Below, piece by piece: positions 1 to 28,193 of a stretch of DNA of 44,216 bases. The DNA is from Catajapyx aquilonaris. Its lineage: Eukaryota. Position 1 is the stretch's first letter. Each line of letters begins with the position of its first letter. The notes below the pieces were generated by a model. That model was not told the DNA's origin. It worked only from the letters and a program-made list of their open reading frames with translations, and did not search any database. The stretch covers positions 1-44,216 of the forward strand of contig JYFJ02003264.1 of the NCBI GenBank assembly GCA_000934665.2. Reading direction: 5' to 3'. Position numbers and translations under genes: made by a program.

Positions 1-708
1 CAATAGTTTATGTAAACATGCACCCTCAGTACAGGGTGTCCCGTAAAGTCTGGACCCTTGGGAGTTTCTCATAGTACAGTGTTGTGGTAATATTATATAA
101 CCATAATAACAATCTATAGTGACTGAGTAAACATGTTATGCCTATCGACTGAGAGCCAGACGATTCTAAACAATTTATTTCTGGACCACCCTTTAGATGA
201 ATTTTTCCTGCATTTTATATTATAAAGGACCACGACGAATTAAAATGATTAATTTTCGTGTGAAGTTCTTATTCATCACTCCTACATCTAATTTTGGACA
301 AAAAAAAGAAAGGGCTAAAAATATGAAGTAAATAACTTTGAAAACCACACATATATTTTGAAAATAACTAATTATGCTTTAGGCACAAGTTGAAGTAACA
401 CTACTCTTAATTTCCCCATTATCTCCTACTTAAATGTTGCAAAATTGTAAATCATAATTTTCATAATGTAAGTTGATGACTTTTCTAAAACATGAAGATA
501 ACAAAGGGTATGCTGTGCAAAGGCATAAGCAGGAATAAATAAAACAAAAAAGTGAACAAGCTCCGTCAAGAAATATGAAATTCCAAATTATAAAATGCCC
601 ATGTCAATTACATTACTGAACTGTCAGGACTACCACCATTTAGCCAAAGCTTCCTAACTCATGTATAGCACACTAGTTATGATAAAATCATAAATTGTTT
701 TCTTTTCA

Positions 709-3044
<2,336 letters not shown>

Positions 3045-4815
3045 TTGTTGACAGCTGGCGTAACAGACTAAGAGCACCCACTTGTTTCCAGGTGCTTGTG
3101 AAAAGTGCTTGCTGCAAAATTAGGTTGATCACTATATGCTACATGCTAATAAAACATTGCTTGTACCTTTGAAGAAAAAACAGGCCAAGAGACAAGCTTA
3201 ACAGCAGAACATAAAGTTTGATGGGACCTGCAACATTGATGTCTGCCAGCAATCCTAACTGAAGCTATGCTAATTAAATGTGGTATCCTTTGGAATCGCA
3301 AAAGTACTGTTGTCATCACCAAAAGGCCTGGGAGAGGTTGAGAAAGCTAACATTGATATGTATGAGCAAATACTACATGATAACAAGTTACATAATAATC
3401 CTATCATTTTTGGTTGTTGCTTTGCTCTGCCAATGGTTATTACACCACTGGGAATATCCTTTCTGACATCATGATCCTTATCTCAATCTTGATAGCCTAT
3501 AATACCAGACTCTCAAGGTAATAAAACACAACCAAATACAGAGTAAAATTGCAACAGTAAGACAACAATGCAAAGAAAAATATTTGCTATTGAAAATAAT
3601 CTACATATACATACACTTGACAGTTCTGAAAAAAAAAACATGTAATAAAATAATACTTCAGAATAATACTTTCAGAAGACAAGCATCTACCCATTGTCAG
3701 TCAAGTACATGACGTTAATTTTCAGCACTTTTGACCACCCTCCCCTACCCCATATCACTCACACTGACCTAGACCCACTGCCAGAAGGATATTATGTAAA
3801 CATGCTCCCCTCTTTTCAGGTTTTTTGTCCACAAGCATGCCAGAAATTAATCTGACAATTACACAAACAAAATCATGCTTTCAAAATGCAGGCTCATACC
3901 GTAATGTAGTCACAGAACTAAATACTAATAAATATGAAACAATATAGGCAAAAGTTGTAAACCTAGTATCAAAGTATCAGAAAAAAAACCATAGTACATA
4001 ATTATGGAAAAGCCTGAGAGGTGACCTACCTAGCAAATAATTGCTCTGCAATCAGTCATTCTGGTTGCATAAGCCACGATGGAAATAATTGATTACAATG
4101 CCCTACTCAAATGCACCTGTATGATACGACTTCTCTGCATATTACTCTCCCAGGTGGAATGAAATTGCTACTGAGTATCCTACATATAATGAAATTTTTC
4201 AATTCTTGTGTGTGATTCAGCAGATTCAGCATGCCTAAAAATGAGGTCTCCCAAAAATAACCAGAGGGCCAAATATAAAGTCAAAAAGATAATTTAAACA
4301 TGACCAGCATTTAAAAATCTGCCGTACCAGACCACAGAAAAAGTCGGAGAGACGAACATGTGAGCCACGTGAAGCTACCTTTTTTCACAAATACAAACTG
4401 GCATTATATGACACTCTGCAAAACATCATTGCACCATTTTCATTGTCCCTTACGCAAGGCCATTTCCTGATCAAAGGCAACGTTGGGTTCAATCTGGCAA
4501 TATTCTGACACATTTTTCACAGCCTTGAACCAGGCAACATCATGACTATTTTTTTGCCGCACAACTGCAAACTACTCATGCATCAGCCCCGTTTCAAAGC
4601 TCACTGTGCAATCCTTTCCGACAAGCATCCTGTACTGTCATCCGTTAAACGACTACGCCCTCTCCTCAGTTCTGCATTTTGACTGGGCTTGCCATTAAAA
4701 TTATACATAACTAGACACATGTTAGCAGGTCAATATGAAACTGGTTACATAATTTCATCATGTGCGTAAGACAAGGCGAACACGCACAATGAACTTGGAA
4801 GGAAATAGGCCTTAC

Positions 4816-5466
4816 CCAGCAAGCACGTCCGGCCTGATTGTGACTCGGGTGCCTAAGAAGCACTTTTTACCACACGTACAGGCCTATATAAATTTTTTTC
4901 TTACCTCCCCTCACCACCTAGCTCTCTCCGACACTCCTCACCGATACCCCCTCAACCCGGCTCTGTCTTCACGTGACCGGCGACTCCCCTCCCTACCTCA
5001 AGGTCGGCCTCGCCTGTGTATACCAAGGGTCAAATGCGGCACCTTTGGCAAACCCCCTCCTGACCACCCGCCTCCTATTCACAGGATGTTGATGTAGACC
5101 GACAACAAAAAAATAGCAGCTGGTCAACAGGCGGCTGCGTCCCAATGACACGAAACATCACCAGGCCGTTTTGGCCTAAAATATCTTGTCACGGGTGCAC
5201 AAGCATGATAAACGCATTTTGTACGGCGGTGAACTGTATCGGTTGTTAAAGTGGAATTAAAGTGGAATGATTATGTTCCGGAACATGTGAGTTTTGTACA
5301 CGGCCGTAACGGAAACAAGTGGGAGCTTGTTTGAAGCAGGCGGCCGGCCTTGTAAGGGCAAAGAAGCACTTCTGGTTGTGGACGAGGGAAGAAGGACGAG
5401 GTGAGGCTTCAGACTACTGCCCCACGCTGTTGCTGACATTGACAAGTTCTTTTTCAGAAAAAAAAA
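4816..5466. promoter_or_regulatory. Putative bidirectional promoter / first-exon region shared by TGR (-) and brambleberry-like (+)
   Basis: GC/CpG-richer stretch between the divergent genes. Minus-strand GTAAG donors at 4811-4815 and 4900-4904 suggest non-coding first exons of TGR. Confidence 0.5.
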
Positions 5467-7927
5467 ATGCTGCATGTACTGTGCGCATTGTGCGCAATAG
5501 AAGTAGCCGTTGCTTTGGATGTCACATCACGGCAGGTTGGGCAGGAGACAACCCCAGAACCACCCATACCGTTCGTGGATCTCTCGAATCCATTCCTTCA
5601 ACGTACTATTACTGAGGGCAGGCAGCAGTATGAGATGATTGCCCGCCAGTCTCAAGACCCGCGCTTGGGTAGCTGCTGGAAGTCGGCCCTTCTTCGGCTG
5701 GAGTCGGGGTGCCCTACCCTGACCGACACGGGACAGTCACGAATTGCTTTAGAGCTTACCTCGTGTTTCTTGGAAACCAATGGCCTCCCTGGAATGGGCT
5801 GCACGGGAGAGGATGAAGATGTTGGGCAGTGCGTCAGGATGGCAGATGTGAAAGCCTTCACTGCTTACACGCACTTCTTCACCCATGCCCAAAGCATATG
5901 CTTTTATCTGACGGTACCAGAATTTTAACTTAATGTACATAAAACGAGAGAACGATCTGACGCCATCGCTTCTTCCATTGTTGCTTTTTGTTGACACTGT
6001 TTACTCATATTGTTCTGTAAGGGTACTTTCATGAAAACCTTGATGAAGTCAGATTGTTCTCTCATTTTCCGTACAATATAATACTTAAATTTGTGTTTGC
6101 ATGTAAAATTGTACTTGGTTTGAAACCTACATGATTTACAATTACTCTAAAAGCAACAAATGCACTTATCTCAGTGGATACTGTGATTAACCATTAGCTA
6201 ACAAATAGGACGTCCCTATATACAAGTTTCTCCTGCAGATCCAGCTTTGGCAGGAAGAGGCACAGAAGACAGTCGACAGCCTAGTAGCCAACTCAGCCAA
6301 GGTGGGCGCCCAGCTAGCCAATGCTTCTAGGTTGCAGCAGCAGCTACTGGAAGCGCAACATCAGGTGCTGGAGAACCAGGAAGGGATGATTGACAGTGGA
6401 CGTCAACTGGAGCAAGCACTTGACTTCTCCATTGATGCTGTCAAGGACATTTCTGGACATCTGGAAGATTTCAAAGAGAATACTGAGGGTCAAAGAGCTG
6501 TGCTGATGGAGGTGTTCCAGCGGGTGCGAGTGCTTCAAGGGTCCATTCTTGGAGACACTTTCTGGCTCTACACAGCTGCATTTTATATAGGGATGGCTGT
6601 GGCATCGTATGTTGCCACTGCTTCACGTCGTACCAGTGAGGCTCGCTTCTGGCTTGTAGTGGCACTCACTGCGAATGCAGTAATGGAATGGGTAGTGTCA
6701 GGATACTTTGCTAAGGGCGTACAGGCTGGTGAAGCTGCAGAGAAGGCGCAGGTATGTAATTAATAATAATTAAATGTGAGTGGGTGCTAAGAATAAGGTG
6801 TTCAAACTGGGGAATCATCATTTATTTATGTAGTCTATTATGAGTATGAATTTGATCGAGGCAGCAATGTAGGTATCCTCTCAATTCACTCTAGAGCTGC
6901 TTACAACTGTCATGTTTATATTTATGTGCGAGCGATAATTCACCTCTGGACTGTGTAACGTAGGTTGTCAACGTCGTCATGTGCTTAAAGATGCATTTAC
7001 ATGTGAGCGATTTGACGAGCGAAGTCTTCGCTGAGAGGTAGCATCACTGAATAACCCAAGTAACCAGTATTGTTTGAGGGCGATTGTTGAAATCGATTGT
7101 TACTTTCACTTCAAACAAGATTGGTTACTTCGCTCGTCAAATCGCTCACATGTAGTAAATGTGTCTTAAAGAGGCATAAGTTTTGTGCCATTCCCTTACA
7201 ACTTTTTGTTGAGTCACACAAGTACGCAAGCGATTACCACTATAAATATTAATGTTATCAACAGTGGAATAAGATGTTTGAAAATAACTTTCATAATATG
7301 TGTGCAAGGCCTTGTAAGATTAATTTTTAAAATATAGAAGCCTGAGTCATGAAATCATTAGTTGCTAACTCTGATGGGAAAGATAGCAAAAAATTAATAG
7401 TAAATGAGCTATTTTTATGTTGGGTTGAATTTACTTTCCAGGTCACCATGCACTCTCAGATCTGGACACTCCGTTACTTAACTCTTGCTGCATGTGCATC
7501 TATCCTGCTATGGTTTGCCTACCGATTCCAAAACTACAACCTCATCAACAACCACATCCTGGTGGAAATTCAAGAACAAAACAAAACTATCATTTCACAG
7601 AATGAGAAGATAATTTCCTGTGTGGAAGATCTGAGCATGTCATATTCTCCTGCTGCAGAGGCTCCTAAAACCCTGCCAATCTCCACGTCCATGTGCCTGT
7701 TGGATCAAGGCACACCAGCAACAGATGACACTGCAGGACAGTTCCGCTTACCAACCTGCCGTTACAACTTACGTCGATCAAATGCATCTCGTTCCTGTAC
7801 TCCCACCCCCACCCCTAAAAGGAAGACTGGAAGTCGCACTGGTGTAAGGAAGAGGCATAACCTAGAGAATAGTGCGGCTGAAATGCCCACTTCTGATGAG
7901 GATTCTTACTTGCATGAATGGGATTAG
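5467..7927 (+). CDS. bmb: Brambleberry/GEX1/Kar5-like nuclear membrane fusion protein, about 481 aa
   Basis: Exons 5467-5913, 6239-6751 and 7442-7927, all phase 0 GT-AG. Signal peptide, Cys-rich domain (CWKSAL...GCPTLT...QSRIALELTSCFL...C...C...AFTAYTHFFTHAQSICFYL), W-Q coiled coil, about three hydrophobic TM segments and a basic/Ser-rich tail with RYNLR. Family assigned by recognition, not by search. Confidence 0.82.
6989..7166. mobile_element. MITE (PIF/Harbinger Tourist-like) in bmb intron 2
   Basis: About 37 bp TIRs (agatgcatttacatgtgagcgatttgacgagcgaagt / acttcgctcgtcaaatcgctcacatgtagtaaatgtgtct) flanked by TAA on both sides. Confidence 0.8.
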
Positions 7928-8128
7928 AATGTAATCATTGGCAGTAGCGCAACCATAACCCGGTGAAATTGTGATTTATTCCATGCTGATATATGAGCAA
8001 TTAGCATTTATGGTGATGACGTTCCATTCCAATGTGTGACAGTCATAGCACATTTTATTCTTTTAATGTGATATTTATAATAGCACATAGCAATTTTATA
8101 CTTATAAACACAACATTTAAATAAGTAG

Positions 8129-8427
8129 GGCGGCATGGTGGTCTAGCGGCTACGCCGCTGGCAGCCAAGCGGGAGGCCAGGGTTCAAATCCCGTCCCCGT
8201 CACCTCTGCTTGGCCGGGTCTTTTTCCGCTTTTCACCCGACATGCCGGGGCAGAATTGCACTCCCTATCTGCCCGGGGCCAGTAGAAAAAGCCTCGTGTT
8301 TTTCACAAGTCCGAAATGACTCAAAAATTACAGCGCCCTCCCTAGGGAACCTTCCCCTTCCCCCCCAAGAGAGCCACTGGCTCTATCACGGGGTAAAAAA
8401 ACAAAACAAAAAAAACACACCAAAAAA
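8129..8427 (+). mobile_element. tRNA-derived SINE
   Basis: A box TGGTCTAGCGG (8139-8149), B box GGTTCAAATCC (8181-8191), A-rich tail 8395-8427, and a 17 bp TSD AACATTT(A/G)AATAAGTAG at 8112-8128 and 8428-8444. Confidence 0.88.
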
Positions 8428-8476
8428 AACATTTGAATAAGTAGTGGGAATGTGATATGAAGTGTACACCTAATTA

Positions 8477-8879
8477 CAGTTGAATCGGGATATAACAGCC
8501 TCGGCTGTAACAGGCTATCGGTTACAACATACTAGAAAGGCCGGTCCCGCCATACTTCCATAAGGCCCTATGTATTTTTACTCCTGCTATAGCATACTCC
8601 TTCTCACCTCACGTATAACAGACCCTTTCTTGTCCCCTCGGCAAAAAAAAGTGCTCTTTTGGATTGTTCAGCTAAGGGCTGGTTTCACCAAGCCCAGTTT
8701 TAATAAAAAACCCGGTTCTTTCGGAAAATCCCTATTCTATTTGCTGGGATTTTCCGAAAGAACTGGAGTTTTTATCGAAACTGGACTTGGTGAAACCTGC
8801 CCTAACTTACGACATCAATAAAAATATAACAGACTGATTTCCTCGGTCCCTTGAAGTTTGTTATATCCGGATTCAACTG
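8477..8879. mobile_element. Tc1/mariner-pogo-type MITE (family A) containing a nested insertion
   Basis: TIRs CAGTTGAATCGGGATATAAC / GTTATATCCGGATTCAACTG with TA on the left. Related copy at 18881-19039. Confidence 0.8.
8676..8802. mobile_element. Nested hairpin MITE (PIF/Harbinger-like)
   Basis: GGGCTGGTTTCACCAAG...CTTGGTGAAACCTGCCC, almost fully palindromic, with TAA TSD at 8673-8675 and 8803-8805. Confidence 0.82.
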
Positions 8880-11100
8880 AATTATCAATCATAATTATGT
8901 GTCATTTTCCATAATGAAACACTGGAGCCTAATTGTGATGGCTTGGGATTATTGAGAAGTGCACACTAATTGTGAAAATATGAATAGGAAAATACTGCAT
9001 TCCATTAATAATTTCTGTGAATGGAGTTCAAATTTGACTGCCATAAATGATACAACACAACAAGGGTAAACATAATTATGGTGATTGTGTGTGATACTAA
9101 AAATAGGAATTGTAACACACCGTATCCCATTATGAGGCTTCATTGTACCAGTGACTTGCATTTAAGGGCTCCATCAGTTGAAGGTGCTTCAGAGGTGTTT
9201 CGGCCATAAACATGGTGACACCCATGACTGGATGGTGGGGTGTCTGAATGTGGACCCTTCTGGTTGATAAGTTTTCAAATTTGTATCAGTCATGACTCAT
9301 GAGGCAGACAGATTTTAGACTAGCCTAATAAATAGGTTGTTGGCAACCTGTGTATTATTATTGGACCACCATCCTGAGCAGCTCCGTGGGGTCACAAGAG
9401 ATGACCTCGCTTCACAACATCTTGAATAACAAACGTCTTTTTATCCCTTTTAGCATGTTGTAGGGTCGCCACATGTCTGGGAAGCACTGAAAGCCCTATC
9501 ACATGGCCACCTCCCTGTACAACCTTGTTATGTATTGACAAAAATATAACTTGGGATTAATAGTAAAATTATTTATCAAAATTTTTCTCAACACCTTTTA
9601 TATACTCTTAACAACTGGTGATGCACACAGTACATAGAGCAACACAGAAAGGGATTGTTTTACAGTGATGGTCTAGCCATAATACAGTTACTGTACAAAT
9701 AAGACAAAGCCAATGCGCTAAAAGACACAGGGAAAATGCACTGGCCAGCTTTACAAAAGGAAACAACTCTTCACATTGGCTAAGAAATAAATAATTCCCA
9801 TCAGTTAACTAAAACCTTTTTTTCCCCCCATAGATTCCTTCTTCTTTTTTAAAGTGTATGGTCATAAATAGAAGCACTGTTAGGTGACAGCAAGAATTGT
9901 TTTACAAAGTAAGTTACCCGTCATTGGGATACTCGAGAGCCAGAAGGAACAGAACAAGTTTCATTCTCCTCCAATTATATACACGGTACCAGGTCAATTA
10001 TTGTGGAGGGTGGGGCTTAAAAAGGGGGGTCACATTGCTTGTGATATGTTCTTTTTTTTCTCACACTTTTTCTCTTGGCGTTCCCATCGTGAGGATGTGA
10101 GGGTGAGAGATGAAAGGCGCTTTGCTTCATTTCTTCCTGACTTACACAAACAAAACACACATTTTCTTTCTCGTTTGTCGACTTCTGCATGTACAATTGT
10201 TTTGAACCAGTTCTCCTTCTCAACTGTCATGAATAGGCACTTAAATTTATAACTTGTACATAACTGGTAGTTTTTCTTACAGTGAATTATATGATCAGTA
10301 GCAGCTCTAAAACAAGTAGTTCATCCTTGTTGGTAACAGGCGTCAACATAACATGGATACACCAATTATTTTAGATCTGATTACAGACCACACGACTAGT
10401 AATTCTAGTCAGAACCATGGTGCTTGCAGTCAGATGATACAGGAGAAGCAATAGCGTTAGAATGTAACCTTGGCAGTTAACACACTTATGTTTTGTGGCT
10501 AATCCTAATCAAACGCAATTGGGAGACAAGTTTACTTTCTTCCCTGTTGTTTCTCCACAATCATAATTCCATCTCACGCACTGCGCTCTGATTAAATTGC
10601 TAATACATGCAGTTGACACCAGTTGTAAACCAACAAAAAGTGACATAGTAAAATCACAACTAAAAGTTAATACCAAATCCCACAATTTTTGGGTTACATA
10701 CCACATCAAACCACATTTGTAATGAAGAAAATTGTCTGTTCCACACTGAACCACTCTTTAAAATTTTAACCCTGTTTGCATAAGCTGGGTCATGATTGCA
10801 CTAAGAAAAGACACGTAAATAAATATATCGCCACCAATCACCATACAGCTTAAAAATAGATTCCGAAAAATAAATAGTAGACATAATCACACCAACCCAA
10901 CATTTGGCAGGAAGAAATGAGCGCCACAAAATAAACCGGGTATCAAAAAATACATTCTAAAAAAGTTATTCCTAACCTCAGAGACCCTCAAAGTAGAAAA
11001 TAAATCAACTGGGAGCATAGCAGCAGCAGACCAAGACATGGCCTACCCAATGGCGTTAAATCGTTTCAAACCAGGAGGGGGGGAATTTTCTAGGATCTGC

Positions 11101-26840
<15,740 letters not shown>

Positions 26841-28193
26841 CTTGCCTCACAGATGAAAGGCCCAAACGCACAAGACAGGTCGAGGTCTCTCTTTCTCTTT
26901 GGCCCTAGACCACACTGCGACGGATGGAGGGGCTGCCCACCACTGGAGGTGGGGCACTGCAGCTGCGGGTCAGGCTGAGGGCAGCCCGCGGAGGAGTTGG
27001 ATCCCACCTCTCGGGGACAGTCAGTCGGTGGGTCAGTCAGCCTGCATGCACCTGTGGTACGGGTATCTGCTGCTCTGCTGCACCCTCCGGCAGGCTGCAA
27101 CTCCCCGGTCCCTCCTCCACCACACCACAGACACTGACCCCGCCGCCCACCCTCACGTTTTCCCCTGCCCGACTCTCCCTTCCTCCCTGCATGGGCCTGG
27201 GAACAGACTGATTGCCCTACCCAAATAGCATCGCTGCTACGGACAAATAGCCCGACACTCTGATCGCAGCTAGTGCCGATCGCCGCTACTGTGCTCCACT
27301 CATGCGGCGCACTGCCGGCGGCACAAAGCTCGTACCCGTTCACCCCGGGATTTCAACCATCAAGTGTGAAACTGCAGCTGAACGTTACCACTGCGTTAAA
27401 TTCACGGGGTAGTGGAGTAGGCAACGATGGAAAATGCAACCTAATAGTAGGATAGCAGTTAACGCGCATGATCGGATCGCGTGTGAATCTTTGAGCTGAT
27501 TGGCTCGCATTTCATGGCATCCATGGATGCACCAATCGGTAGCGGCGAAGACTTGCGCGCCAACTGGCGACAGTGCCCGAATCATCCGGGATAAATGCTG
27601 CAGTCGGCTGTAGTAGACCGTGGCTGTTATAAGCATTTGTAGGAAAATACCGTGTAATATTATATTTTAAATGGCGGGCTGTCATTGAAGATTACATAGT
27701 CGCCCAACACATATTTACACAACTGTAATTATCTCGTACTATTAGCCAATAGAAATTGCGAGAGACCACTTACACATGCGCACTGCATTTTAGTGCATGT
27801 GAACCTGTGACGTCATGGGAATACAGTACCGTACTTGATCGCACATCTGAAACACGCGCCTTTCCTTTAATTACCCTCCCCCACCCTCCTTCCCTCCTGG
27901 TGGCTCCTCCTGTCCTTCCTCCTCCTCCTCCTTCTCTCATCAGTCATCAGTCTGCACAGTCTGCAACAAGCCTAGCTAGTCAGCTGACGAGCAGCACGAG
28001 CCGGGACGAGGCGCCACGTAACCACACTTCTATAGGCATCAGACTGCATCCCACTCGTTACGTTTGTCCCACTCCTCCGCATGCGATCATCGGCTGGCTG
28101 GACAGGTGACGACGACTACTGCAGAGGGTGGTGAGGCAGCGGTTCCGCCGAAATTGGTAACGATGGGCAGCTGATAGACAAGATGCCGCCGCT
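26841..28193. promoter_or_regulatory. Divergent promoter/5' UTR region of Raf and EDEM1, CpG-rich
   Basis: GC/CpG-rich interval between divergent start codons; TGACGTCA at 27808-27815 and GCCACGT at 28013-28019. Confidence 0.55.

Noticed and set aside
30..330. TA-CAGGGTGTCCC Tc1-like end
   Set aside because: No matching right TIR was found, so the boundaries cannot be supported.
8129..8205. Functional tRNA gene
   Set aside because: Imperfect cloverleaf, followed by a body, A-rich tail and TSD, so it is a SINE head.
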